Shown piece by piece: positions 46,862 through 56,357 of a stretch of 64,000 bases of DNA (position 1 is its first letter; every line of letters begins with the position of its first letter). The DNA lies in the NCBI GenBank assembly GCA_041674765.1, contig JBAYVE010000004.1, forward strand, positions 26,751-90,750, given 5' to 3'. The position numbers and the translations under genes are program-made. The DNA is from Patescibacteria group bacterium (GTDB lineage: Bacteria > Patescibacteriota > UBA1384 > XYA2-FULL-43-10 > 1-14-0-10-43-13). The notes under the pieces were generated by a model. That model was not told where the DNA came from, searched no databases, and saw nothing but the letters and a program-made list of their open reading frames with translations.

Positions 46862-47743
46862 ATGGCAACTTTCGTATTACCAGAGAAAACGCAAATAGCA
46901 AAAATTGTTGACCCTGCTGTTAGAGCAGACACTGTGGCACGATTTGCGCTAGAGCATATTCTGCTCGCTCAGCACATCCAAGTGCTGATCACAGAGGGGA
47001 TGGAGCTGCCGTTGGAATACAAGGAGTATCTTTTTCCGACGGTAGGCAATATCTCACTGGCGCTCGGAGAGGGCTACGCTGATAATTTCGTCAGCAAGGC
47101 ACTTCGCCGTAGCAGGATTATCAGCCCTGAGGACAAATCATACCTCAGAATGCTGACCGAAGCCCGTTACTTCCGCCACTCTGCGAAGGAAATCGAAGCC
47201 TTACTAGCGAGAATTCGGAAAGAGATCGCCAGCGGCAAGGCTAGCGGCTACAGACTGCTGAAAAAGGAGTTTGGTTTTCAGCCGGTCGAATTGGGCAATT
47301 TTTGCCGGGATTTTCTAACGCCTGAACAGTGCGAGGCACGAAACTCTTTGGCGATTCACCACAAACCGGAGAGGCCAACTGATCCCCAGATCAGTGCTCT
47401 CATCTTGGCTGACGCTAAGGCCAGGCTTCGCGAAGGAAAAGCCGTGAGTGCTAAGTCTTATGCCAGGCTTCACCATATTGGCTTAGGCAGCGTCAACAAG
47501 GGACTTCGGGGACTGAGCCGTGACGAAGCGGCTGATAGAAAACGGATTCTGAAACAGAAGACCTTTTACCCGAATTCCCCTGATCCGGAAGTCTCTCTCG
47601 GAGTAGCCATCGATAATCTTTCGAAGATTGCCGAAAGTCCGGAAGTAACGCCGGCTCGTGCTGCAGAAATTGCTGATACGGTCGAATTTTATGTGGCGCG
47701 ATTGCGAGCATTGGCGGCAGATGCCGATCATGGCCCATCTTGA
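46862..47743 (+). CDS. Hypothetical basic protein, possibly with an HTH-like segment
   Basis: Long ORF; VSAKSYARLHHIGLGSVNKGL resembles an HTH; start uncertain. Confidence 0.6.
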   Translation: MATFVLPEKTQIAKIVDPAVRADTVARFALEHILLAQHIQVLITEGMELPLEYKEYLFPTVGNISLALGEGYADNFVSKALRRSRIISPEDKSYLRMLTEARYFRHSAKEIEALLARIRKEIASGKASGYRLLKKEFGFQPVELGNFCRDFLTPEQCEARNSLAIHHKPERPTDPQISALILADAKARLREGKAVSAKSYARLHHIGLGSVNKGLRGLSRDEAADRKRILKQKTFYPNSPDPEVSLGVAIDNLSKIAESPEVTPARAAEIADTVEFYVARLRALAADADHGPS

Positions 47744-47801
47744 TTCATTCTGAATCAAGATGGGCTTGTTTTATATCAGGAAATTCATTACATTTAGGTG
47801 T

Positions 47802-49103
47802 ATGACAAATATCAAAGATAAAATCAAAGATTTACCGAAAGAGCCGGGTGTTTATCATTTCATAGATGAAAAAGGCTCTGTTCTATATGTCGGGAAGGCC
47901 AAGAATTTACAAAACCGTCTCAGACAGTATTTCCTGAAAGAGCTTGGACGTGGTCCAGCGATAGAACAAATGGTAGAAAAAGCAAGAGATATTAAATGGA
48001 TCGAGACAGAATCGGAGATTGAGGCTGTCATACTTGAGGCAGAGCTGATCAAGAAGCTAAAACCGAAATATAATATCCGCCTCAAAGATGATAAAAGCTT
48101 TTTGGTGATTAGAATTACTAAAGAAGATTTCCCAATCGTTGAATTGGTTCGCTTTCGAAATGTCGATTTATCGGACAAATCTGCTTGGTATTTCGGCCCA
48201 TATCCTGCGGGGGAACTCCTTAGAAAATCATTAAATTATTTGCGCAAGATCTTTCCCTTCCGCGATTGCTCTAAGGCAAAGTTCAATACTTACAAAAAGA
48301 AGCAGCGAACCTGTATCTATGGAGATATTAGGGTTTGTTCTGGCCCCTGCAACGCCTGGGTGAATAAATCTCAATATAATAAGAATATTATCTATCTAAA
48401 AAATTTCCTCCGGGGTAAGAAAGGAAAGATTATTGCCGACTTGGAAAAGGAGATGAAAGCCTTTAGTCGAGCACAGCGATTTGAACAAGCGGCGCTAGTC
48501 CGGAATAAGCTAGCGGGACTTGAACACTTAAAAGATGTGGCCTTGGGCCTCAGAGACGACGTTTTCAACGGCAGAGAGGTGTCTTTCCATCGAATAGAGT
48601 TTTATGACATTGCGAACATCGGTAAAGAGCACGCTGTTGGATCAATGGTTGTCTTCACGGACGGCAAATCCGATAAAGACGAATACCGGAAGTTTAAAAT
48701 TGAGGATGAGATTTCTCCGACCTCGAAAACAGGGGGTCGAAATGACACTATTTTATTGAATAACGATCTAGGCCGCTTAAAGCAAGTTTTGCAGAGGAGG
48801 TTTAAAAATGATTGGCCAATGCCCGATCTAGTTCTAGTCGATGGCGGACCCCTACAGCTCAAGATTGCCAAAGAAGTAATTTCTGGTCTAGGGCTAAACA
48901 TTCCACTAGCTTCGGTTTCCAAAGGGCCTCGGCGGGAAAAGAATGATTTTCATTATGGCGACCTCAACATCGCAAATTTCATTGGCAATGATCGGCAACT
49001 CCAGAATATTTTGATAGAAGCGAGGGATGAGGCTCACCGCTTTGCAATTTCTTATTATCGCAAACTACATCGGAAAAGTGTTTTTCAAAATGACTCTCAA
49101 TAA
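47802..49103 (+). CDS. uvrC: UvrC-like excinuclease (short, no HhH tail)
   Basis: PGVY..LYVGKAKNL, PKYNI.LKDDK, UVR FEQAA, DLVLVDGG, RDEAHRFA. Confidence 0.9.
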   Translation: MTNIKDKIKDLPKEPGVYHFIDEKGSVLYVGKAKNLQNRLRQYFLKELGRGPAIEQMVEKARDIKWIETESEIEAVILEAELIKKLKPKYNIRLKDDKSFLVIRITKEDFPIVELVRFRNVDLSDKSAWYFGPYPAGELLRKSLNYLRKIFPFRDCSKAKFNTYKKKQRTCIYGDIRVCSGPCNAWVNKSQYNKNIIYLKNFLRGKKGKIIADLEKEMKAFSRAQRFEQAALVRNKLAGLEHLKDVALGLRDDVFNGREVSFHRIEFYDIANIGKEHAVGSMVVFTDGKSDKDEYRKFKIEDEISPTSKTGGRNDTILLNNDLGRLKQVLQRRFKNDWPMPDLVLVDGGPLQLKIAKEVISGLGLNIPLASVSKGPRREKNDFHYGDLNIANFIGNDRQLQNILIEARDEAHRFAISYYRKLHRKSVFQNDSQ

Positions 49104-49146
49104 TATTTTCTATTTTTTTCCAATCGCTCGCATGTATAGTTGAACA

Positions 49147-50172
49147 GTGAATAATATTATAAAAACTTGGTGGAAATGGCTGAAATATGGTCCCGACGAC
49201 CCTCGTTTCGATGCCGGTGGTGATGTAAAGATTGCTGTGATCGGCGGAGGGACAGGCTTGTCCACTTTGCTTCGAGGTTTAAAGCAATATTCAAATAAAA
49301 TAACGGCCGTTGTCACTGTTGCCGATGACGGAGCTTCTTCGGGAATATTAAGGCGGGAATTCGATATTCTCCCACCCGGCGATATCAGGCAGTGTATTTC
49401 AGCTTTGTCTTATGACGAAAAGTTAATTTCCGGAATACTAGAGTATAGGTTTTCCAAGAGCAATAAAAGCTTTGGCGGCCATACTCTCGGCAATATTTGG
49501 ATAACGGCGCTTTCCAATCATCTTGGTTCTTTTGAAAGAGCGTTAGAAGCAACGACAGCTATTTTTCAAACTGCCGGCAGAGTCTTGCCTGCAACCCTCG
49601 AAAAAATCGAATTATGCGCTGAATTTGAAAATGGTACGGTCATAAAAGGGGAATCAAAATTGAAAGCTGGTAAGAAGATAGCAAAAGTTTTTCTGAATAA
49701 GAAAGGTGTCCGGGCCTACAAAGAGGCTGTCCTGGCCATCAAAAGCGCTGATCTAATTATCCTGGGGCCTGGAAGCTTATTCACGAGTGTAATCCCAAAT
49801 ATTTTGATCTCAGGCGTTAGGGAGGCTGTATCTGCAAATAGCAAAGCGGTTAGGGTTTTTGTCGCAAATTGCTCGACTGAAGTTGGGGAAACTGAAAATT
49901 ATACGATAGATGATCACATAAAGGCTCTGAATGCGCATGCTGGAAAAAGAATATTTGATTATTGTTTGGTGAACAGCAAAGTTTTGAAGGAATCAAGAAT
50001 TACTGAAAGAATTGGTGAAATTAATAACATTACGACAAACAAATCAGTTATATCTGAGGTGAAAATAAAAAGAGCCGATGTGGTTAATAGCGCAAAACCG
50101 CTCTATCACGACCCTCAGAAACTAGCAAAGGCATTGATCTCGTTGTATAATGATAATAGGAAATCAAAGTAA
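49147..50172 (+). CDS. yvcK: YvcK/GlmR (CofD-like) protein
   Basis: IGGGTGLS, DDGASSG, PPGDIR, GHTLGN, GPGSLFTS. Confidence 0.93.
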   Translation: MNNIIKTWWKWLKYGPDDPRFDAGGDVKIAVIGGGTGLSTLLRGLKQYSNKITAVVTVADDGASSGILRREFDILPPGDIRQCISALSYDEKLISGILEYRFSKSNKSFGGHTLGNIWITALSNHLGSFERALEATTAIFQTAGRVLPATLEKIELCAEFENGTVIKGESKLKAGKKIAKVFLNKKGVRAYKEAVLAIKSADLIILGPGSLFTSVIPNILISGVREAVSANSKAVRVFVANCSTEVGETENYTIDDHIKALNAHAGKRIFDYCLVNSKVLKESRITERIGEINNITTNKSVISEVKIKRADVVNSAKPLYHDPQKLAKALISLYNDNRKSK

Positions 50173-50190
50173 TCGAAAAGCGAGGGGAAA

Positions 50191-50970
50191 ATGCGCAGGC
50201 CTATTGTAGTTGCTAATTGGAAAATGCATACTCACTCGGCAGATGCTGGGATATTGGCAACATCTGTCAGGAACAATGTTGCTGATTTTGAGGGTGTTTC
50301 AATTATTATCTGTCCACCGATGATCTGGCTTACTGAAGTTGCGTCTATCATCGGAAAAGGCGGTCGTTTGGAGGTTGGAGCTCAAAATGCCTTCTTCGAA
50401 GCCGAGGGCGCGTATACGGGGGAAGTTTCTCCCACAATGATCAAGGACGTCGCCAATTATGTAATTGTCGGCCATTCAGAGCGCAGAGAGTATTTTGGTG
50501 AAACTGATCTGGATGTCAACGAAAAAACGATCGCTGCGTTGAAGGCTGGTCTGACGCCAATTATTTGCGTTGGCGAGCGGAAGAAGAAAAACAATCCCGA
50601 TGAACCGGTAAGTGAGCTAATCGAAGCATTGGCTCATATCCCAAAGAAAAATTACAAAGATATTATTGTTGCTTATGAGCCGGTATGGGCGATCGGAACA
50701 GGCGAGAATGCTGATCCAATTTATGTTTCTAAAATAATCACAAAGCTTCGAGAGATAGTTCACTCAAACACGTCAATCCTTTATGGGGGCAGCGTAAATT
50801 CAGGGAACGCTGAGTCATACGCCAAGATGCCACAAGTTGATGGTTTATTGGTAGGCGGGGCATCCCTTCGGGCTGCTGATTTTGTCAAAATATGCCGGAC
50901 TTGGTCGTTATCTAAGAATTTTAAGAATGATCTCTTTGTGATCAAGGAGGAAGATGAAGATAGCAATTAA
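50191..50970 (+). CDS. tpiA: Triosephosphate isomerase
   Basis: ANWKM, GHSERR, AYEPVWAIGTG, LVGGASL. Confidence 0.98.
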   Translation: MRRPIVVANWKMHTHSADAGILATSVRNNVADFEGVSIIICPPMIWLTEVASIIGKGGRLEVGAQNAFFEAEGAYTGEVSPTMIKDVANYVIVGHSERREYFGETDLDVNEKTIAALKAGLTPIICVGERKKKNNPDEPVSELIEALAHIPKKNYKDIIVAYEPVWAIGTGENADPIYVSKIITKLREIVHSNTSILYGGSVNSGNAESYAKMPQVDGLLVGGASLRAADFVKICRTWSLSKNFKNDLFVIKEEDEDSN

Positions 50971-51943
50971 CGGTTTCGGCCGGATCGGCCGGGCTGCCGC
51001 CAAAATAATTACCGGACGCACTCAAATGGAATTGGTGGCTATCAATGATTTGACCGATGTCCCTACCCTAGCCCATTTGCTAAAGTATGATAGCTGCTAT
51101 GGCACATGGAAGTGTGAAGTTGGCTATGACGAGGGGGATATACTGATAGAAAAGCAAAGAATTCACGCCTATGCAGAGAAAGATCCGGCGTTGTTGCCAT
51201 GGCGTGAGCTTGGGATTGATATTGTTCTAGAATGTACTGGGCATTTTCTCACGACGAAAGATGCAGGGGCGCATCTAAAGGCAGGCGCCAAGAAGGTTAT
51301 ACTGTCTGCGCCGCCGAAGGATGAAACGCCGATGTATGTCATGGGAGTCAATGCTGGGAAATATGATGGAGAAAATATTGTTTCAAACGCTTCTTGCACA
51401 ACCAACTGTATAGCTCCTGTGATGAAGGTACTCGAAGATGAATTCGGCATTGAAAAGTCTCTGATGTCGACAATTCACTCCTATACTGCCGACCAGAATT
51501 TGGTTGATGGACCGCACAAGGATCTTCGACGCGCTAGAGCAGCAGGGATGAATATAGTCCCGACTTCGACGGGTGCGGCAAAAGCAGCATACAAAACTGT
51601 GCCGGCGCTTGAGGGTAAATTTGATGGTATTGCGCTCAGAGTGCCGACTCCGGTCGTTTCGCTTTCCGATATCACGGCTGTTCTCAAGAAAAATGTCACG
51701 GTTGAGGATATCAATAAGGCTTTTAAGTCGGCTGAAAAAGGTGTTATGTCGGGATTCCTAGCGACGACTGATGAGCAATTGGTCTCAATTGATTTTCGAG
51801 GATCTCAATTTTCGACGATTGTAGATCTATCTTTGACACAAGTGGTGGGCGATAATTTAGTCAAGGTGATCGCCTGGTATGATAACGAGTGGGGATACAG
51901 TGAGCGTTTGGTAGACTTGGCGGAGCTAATCAACAAGCGCTGA
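50954..51943 (+). CDS. gap: Type I glyceraldehyde-3-phosphate dehydrogenase
   Basis: INGFGRIGR, SNASCTTNC, WYDNEWGY. Confidence 0.99.
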   Translation: MKIAINGFGRIGRAAAKIITGRTQMELVAINDLTDVPTLAHLLKYDSCYGTWKCEVGYDEGDILIEKQRIHAYAEKDPALLPWRELGIDIVLECTGHFLTTKDAGAHLKAGAKKVILSAPPKDETPMYVMGVNAGKYDGENIVSNASCTTNCIAPVMKVLEDEFGIEKSLMSTIHSYTADQNLVDGPHKDLRRARAAGMNIVPTSTGAAKAAYKTVPALEGKFDGIALRVPTPVVSLSDITAVLKKNVTVEDINKAFKSAEKGVMSGFLATTDEQLVSIDFRGSQFSTIVDLSLTQVVGDNLVKVIAWYDNEWGYSERLVDLAELINKR

Positions 51944-52012
51944 TTAGCATTTTCAATTTTTTTGTCATTTGATCAGATGGACTCGCAGGCCCAGAATCTA
52001 GTGTTCTGTATT

Positions 52013-52237
52013 GTCATTCCCGCGGAGGCGGGAATCTATACAATGTAAATTCCTTTTATGAAACTATATTATGTTTATATATTAGCGAGTGAAAAGAACG
52101 GAACTTTGTATATTGGTGTTACTTCTGATTCAAAGAAAAGGGTTTGGCAACACAAGAATAAATTGGTAGTGGGAAGATTTATATTTTAATATTTAAGGCA
52201 AAACAACTTCCTCGATTCCCGCCTCCGCGGGAATGAC
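52013..52237. mobile_element. Miniature element: perfect 24-bp inverted palindromes around a deleted GIY-YIG gene
   Basis: gtcattcccgcggaggcgggaatc 52013-52036 and its exact reverse complement at 52214-52237. Confidence 0.75.
52058..52196 (+). pseudogene. Internally deleted GIY-YIG nuclease
   Basis: MKLYYVYILASEKNGTLYIGVTSD..KRVWQHKNKLV joined out of frame to the C-terminal WEDLYFNI*. Confidence 0.85.
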
Positions 52238-52253
52238 GGACAAGGAGAAAAAT

Positions 52254-52484
52254 ATGTGTCTTGCGATTCCTGGAAAAATTGAAAAAATCGAAGGCTCAAA
52301 GGCATTCTTTAAATATGATCATAAAAAGTATGAAGTTGATATTCTGCTGGCACCCGAAGTCGAGATCGGTGACTGGATCCTAATGCATGATGGCCGGGCC
52401 CTTTCAAAAATTACAGAAGAGGAGGCCAAAGAAAATTTAGAGTTTATAAAACAACACAAGGAAATGGCCTGTCTGCCTCATTGA
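52254..52484 (+). CDS. hypC: Hydrogenase maturation chaperone HypC
   Basis: MCLAIPG N-terminus, GDWILMH.G.A; ATG 52254 behind aaggag. Confidence 0.93.
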   Translation: MCLAIPGKIEKIEGSKAFFKYDHKKYEVDILLAPEVEIGDWILMHDGRALSKITEEEAKENLEFIKQHKEMACLPH

Positions 52485-52497
52485 AATGCGAATATAT

Positions 52498-52911
52498 TTA
52501 CTTTATATTCCATAAAATACTGCTCATAAGAGCCCCCGCTCTTTTGAAGAAAGTTGGCTTTTGGGGAGAAGTTAGCCTCCTCAATTCATTGACCTTTAGT
52601 TGTTTGTTGTAGGCCGATTCTTGCTCGCGCAGCAATTTCGCATTTGATCCAGGAACAATAGCATCTCCTCTTCTCAGTGCCGCAAATTGCTCCGGATCAA
52701 AACCGGGAACTTTTGGCATTTCCGCAATTTCATTTTTGAGAAGTGCGATTCGAGCCAACCTTCCTACCTCTGCAGATCCTCTATTTGGGGCAGGTTTTTT
52801 GGTCAAGTTTTTGCTTGCCGGAGGCATTTTGGGAGATTGCTCTATCGGCTTTTGTTCTTCTGATTCTTCGAAAACTTGAGGTTCTTCTATTTCGCTATTT
52901 TCCACTCCCAT
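52498..52911 (-). CDS. Hypothetical protein
   Basis: 137-aa ORF translationally coupled to the ABC permease. Confidence 0.55.
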   Translation of the reverse strand: MGVENSEIEEPQVFEESEEQKPIEQSPKMPPASKNLTKKPAPNRGSAEVGRLARIALLKNEIAEMPKVPGFDPEQFAALRRGDAIVPGSNAKLLREQESAYNKQLKVNELRRLTSPQKPTFFKRAGALMSSILWNIK

Positions 52912-53705
52912 TACACATCCTTTCGGTTGAAAACAATTAGTGATCCGGCTAAGCCGAGAGCAAAAACTCCTAGTAATACATATATTTGGTAGTATTCAAA
53001 ACCTGTATTTCTCAATAATTTCTCAGGGTCATAGAGATAAAAAATCGAATACATATCTAAATTCTGTAATTTTTCTACCAGACGGGTAAGTGAGAGAAAG
53101 ACATAAGACCCAAGTGTGAAGGCGACAGTGAGTAGCATTACTCCGATTTTTGATTTGAGAATCGAAGAAAGAAATAGGCCAATACCATACAGTGCCCATA
53201 TCAACAACGTGGCGATGACAGTAAAGTTAGCAATGCCTTTGGCACTGATTGCAACATCAAATAAAATGCAGAATAAGTAGGTGAAAGAAGAAACGAAAAC
53301 AGTGATAAGGCTGGAGTAAAATAGAGCGGTGATTGCCTCAGCTAAAACTAGTTTTGTTCTAGAAATTGGCTGCGACAGGTTGAAATCCATCGTCCGTTTT
53401 TCGATTTGTCCGGCAATGGCCGAACCGGCTGCGCTACCTATATAGAAAGAAGTGATCAGAATGAAAAAAAGTGAGAAAAATTCCATTGATAGAAAACCTT
53501 CGATCGTACCGAAAGAGGCCATCCCTGAATCACCGAAAAATTTGGCAAAATCCTCCGGATAGCTTGAAATCAAGGCGTCGATGTCCATCTTTTTCATCGA
53601 AGGGAACATACTGATCATAAGAAACGTATACCCGACAAGACTGGCGATGTAGACTGCGACACTGTTTCTTTGTTCTTTCAATTTTTGTTTTATTATTGTA
53701 AACAT
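52911..53705 (-). CDS. ABC-2 type transporter permease
   Basis: Multiple TMs, IEKRTMDFNLSQPISR, C-terminal FNRKDV. Confidence 0.9.
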   Translation of the reverse strand: MFTIIKQKLKEQRNSVAVYIASLVGYTFLMISMFPSMKKMDIDALISSYPEDFAKFFGDSGMASFGTIEGFLSMEFFSLFFILITSFYIGSAAGSAIAGQIEKRTMDFNLSQPISRTKLVLAEAITALFYSSLITVFVSSFTYLFCILFDVAISAKGIANFTVIATLLIWALYGIGLFLSSILKSKIGVMLLTVAFTLGSYVFLSLTRLVEKLQNLDMYSIFYLYDPEKLLRNTGFEYYQIYVLLGVFALGLAGSLIVFNRKDV

Positions 53706-53739
53706 AATGCGAATTAAGAAGATATGACTTTAAGTTGAA

Positions 53740-54621
53740 CTACTTATAAAAATGTAAAAATATCTCTTCTAGCGATGGTTCGGTAATTTTGAAATCGGTA
53801 ATATTAAATTTGGCCAGAGCTTTGATGATCTCGCCGTTTGGTCCGGCGGTCACAAACTTATAACCGTTGGTAGTACGGCCAATTTTCTTCAAGCCGGCGC
53901 TTTTCAGGGCGGAGAGGGGAATGGACTCTTTCGTTTCTACGAAAATAGTTCTAATATTTTTCTCTTTAAAATCCTCAATGTTTTCTATTTTTAGTAATTT
54001 GCCAGATTTTATGATACCAACTCGATCACAAATTTTTTCTGCTTCGGTCAGAATATGGGTTGAAAAGAAGGTGGTAGTTCCCCACTTCTTAGTCTCTAAA
54101 ATTGTATTGTAAAATTCTTGCTGGTTGATTGGATCCAAGCCGCTTGTAGGCTCATCGAGGATCAAAAGCTTCGGTTTATGCATTAGAGCCAATACTATCG
54201 CTAGTTTTTGTTTATTTCCCTTTGAATAAGCGCTAACTCTTTTTGATAAATTAAGCTCAAACCTTCTAAGCAGAACCTTCAGATAATTCTTATCAATTTT
54301 TTCTTTAAAGCCGCTGTAAAAATCGACGCACTCCTGGCCAGTCATATTCTCTTGCAGAAATATTTCTCCAGGCAGGAAGCCTATCCCCCTCCTGATTTGA
54401 ACGGATTTTTGATTTATATCAAGACCAAAAACCTGACCGCTCCCAGAGGATGGCCGAATCAAATCCAGAAGCAGGCGAATTGTGGTTGATTTGCCAGCGC
54501 CGTTTGGACCGATAAATCCAAATATCTCTCCCTCTTCTATTTCTAGATTCAAATCCTTGATGCCGATAACTTTGCCGCGGGAGTAGTATTTCGTTAAATT
54601 TTTTGTCTCGATGAGGTTCAT
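53740..54621 (-). CDS. ABC transporter ATP-binding protein
   Basis: GPNGAGKST, YSKGNKQK, LDEPTSGLD. Confidence 0.95.
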   Translation of the reverse strand: MNLIETKNLTKYYSRGKVIGIKDLNLEIEEGEIFGFIGPNGAGKSTTIRLLLDLIRPSSGSGQVFGLDINQKSVQIRRGIGFLPGEIFLQENMTGQECVDFYSGFKEKIDKNYLKVLLRRFELNLSKRVSAYSKGNKQKLAIVLALMHKPKLLILDEPTSGLDPINQQEFYNTILETKKWGTTTFFSTHILTEAEKICDRVGIIKSGKLLKIENIEDFKEKNIRTIFVETKESIPLSALKSAGLKKIGRTTNGYKFVTAGPNGEIIKALAKFNITDFKITEPSLEEIFLHFYK

Positions 54622-54675
54622 ATACTGATTATAGCAATTCTTTTTTATTTTATAAACTTTATGACTTTCGACTGT

Positions 54676-55914
54676 TTAATGTGTTGCACAGGTGATACAG
54701 GGGTCATAAGCGCGAATGAGCATTTCAATATTTTTGTTTCTCTCTTTTACAGACAGGTCGTTTAATTTGGGAAGGAATAACGCCATATCTTTTTCCAGAG
54801 CTGGTAAGTTCTGAACCGTTGGAGTAACAAGGTCGCAACTGGTAATTCTCCCCTTATCATCAAGTTCATAATGATGAAAAAGAGTACCCCTTGGAGCTTC
54901 ACAAGCGGCAGTTCCGATACCAAATTTTTTTGGCAATTGTTGGTGTTCTTCTTTTATACTTTTTGATAGTTCTTCGAGTAATTCGACAGAATGTATGACA
55001 AAGTAATAATTTTCGATTGCTTGAGCTAATATATTGTCGAATGGATTGAGGAATGGCAGCTTTATCCCCAGTTCTTTCAAAATATCTTTTACAAAATCAT
55101 TTGGAAAAATATTTAGGTTTGTTCTAGCAGCGGCGCCAACTTGCATTATCTTGCCTTTTAGAGTTCCGAATTTTGTGCTGGTGTATTCTTTTAGCTCTTC
55201 ATCAATATAATCAGTATAATTCCCGGCTTCAAAAACTTGGCCTGTCGATGTCCATATATCTCCTTCATAGTAGGCAAATTTACCTTTTTGATGCAATGCG
55301 CTATCAATAATCTTGCGCTCTACTTCTGGATAATCGAAACTGGCAAAAAGTCTTAATGTTGATTCGGCTATTTCAATAACTGTTTGAGCGCTTCCTATTA
55401 ATTCTTTTAATTGGCTTTTTGCCGGATAAGATTTGAAACCGCCTGGGACATTGGTAATCGGGTGGACGGCTCTGCCGCCGATTACTTCGATAATTTTATC
55501 GGCGAATTTTTTGAGTTCGATCGCATTCTTGAACAGGTCGGGATGATTTTTTTGGAGTTCGAAGGATGAACTAACGCCGACATAGTCAGGCAAAACCAAA
55601 AGGTATAGATGTAGTGAATGACTCTGTATCATCTGTGCTGCGAGCATCAATTCACGCAACTTTATCGTCTGGTCCGACGGCGTTATACCGCAGGCGGCCT
55701 CAATGGCTTTTGTAGAGGTTACATTGTGTATGACCGGACAGATGCCACAAATTCTCGAAGTAATAATCGGGGCTTCCCAAAACTCTCGTCCGACTAAAAT
55801 TTTTTCGATAAAACGGTCGTTTTCGAGGCCAATAAATCTGGCCTTTTCAACTTCATTATTCCTCAGATGGGCATAAAATGCCGCATGGCCTTCAATTTTT
55901 GGTACTGCTTCCAT
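54676..55914 (-). CDS. NiFe hydrogenase large subunit (group 3b-like alpha)
   Basis: KIEGH, L1 SRICGICPVIH, EAPRGTLFH, L2 RAYDPCITCATH; ATG 55914 behind ggagag. Confidence 0.93.
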   Translation of the reverse strand: MEAVPKIEGHAAFYAHLRNNEVEKARFIGLENDRFIEKILVGREFWEAPIITSRICGICPVIHNVTSTKAIEAACGITPSDQTIKLRELMLAAQMIQSHSLHLYLLVLPDYVGVSSSFELQKNHPDLFKNAIELKKFADKIIEVIGGRAVHPITNVPGGFKSYPAKSQLKELIGSAQTVIEIAESTLRLFASFDYPEVERKIIDSALHQKGKFAYYEGDIWTSTGQVFEAGNYTDYIDEELKEYTSTKFGTLKGKIMQVGAAARTNLNIFPNDFVKDILKELGIKLPFLNPFDNILAQAIENYYFVIHSVELLEELSKSIKEEHQQLPKKFGIGTAACEAPRGTLFHHYELDDKGRITSCDLVTPTVQNLPALEKDMALFLPKLNDLSVKERNKNIEMLIRAYDPCITCATH

Positions 55915-56193
55915 GAAGAACTCTCCAAATTCCAAAATATTACGAATTAACAGTGCAATTTTTCTTAATTCTTTGTTTAAATCAACATAATGTTATTCAC
56001 TGATCAGTAAGCCAATACCCTTTTAATCGTGATTCCCTAAAACCCTATTAAATGTATTTATTCTTCGAATGGTGCTCTTAAAAATGAGAAGTCTGTTACT
56101 GTATTAATAAGTGACCATAGTTCTCGTCGTTCCTCCTCGAACAATAAGGAACAGGGAAATAGTAAGGTTTTCGGGATCACGTTCTTTTACCTA

Positions 56194-56239
56194 TTGACAA
56201 AAGTAACAATTAAGTATATAATGAGTATATTGTTACTTT
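56194..56239 (+). promoter_or_regulatory. Consensus promoter with an 11-bp inverted operator-like repeat
   Basis: TTGACA-17-TATAAT (56194-56222); aaagtaacaat 56200-56210 pairs with attgttacttt 56229-56239. Confidence 0.7.
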
Positions 56240-56357
56240 AGTTGTGGGTGTGGCGTTAAGCCGTGCCTCTCGCGGCAGACGAGTTTATCTGCCGGAAGGA
56301 AGGGCCGCAGAAATGTGGTAGATACGACTCGTCGGACACAACCGACGAGTCTTTTTA
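56229..56357 (+). ncRNA. Candidate structured small RNA
   Basis: Lies between the consensus promoter and terminator gactcgtcgg-acacaa-ccgacgagtc-ttttt; internal hairpins; no convincing ORF. Confidence 0.5.

Noticed and set aside
46018-47743. Integrated element around two divergent orphans
   Set aside because: No integrase, att repeats or tRNA target found
56290-56310. SRP (4.5S) RNA, because of ccggaaggaag
   Set aside because: The flanking CAGG and AGCA internal-loop motifs are missing and the region folds as several short hairpins; kept only as an unknown ncRNA
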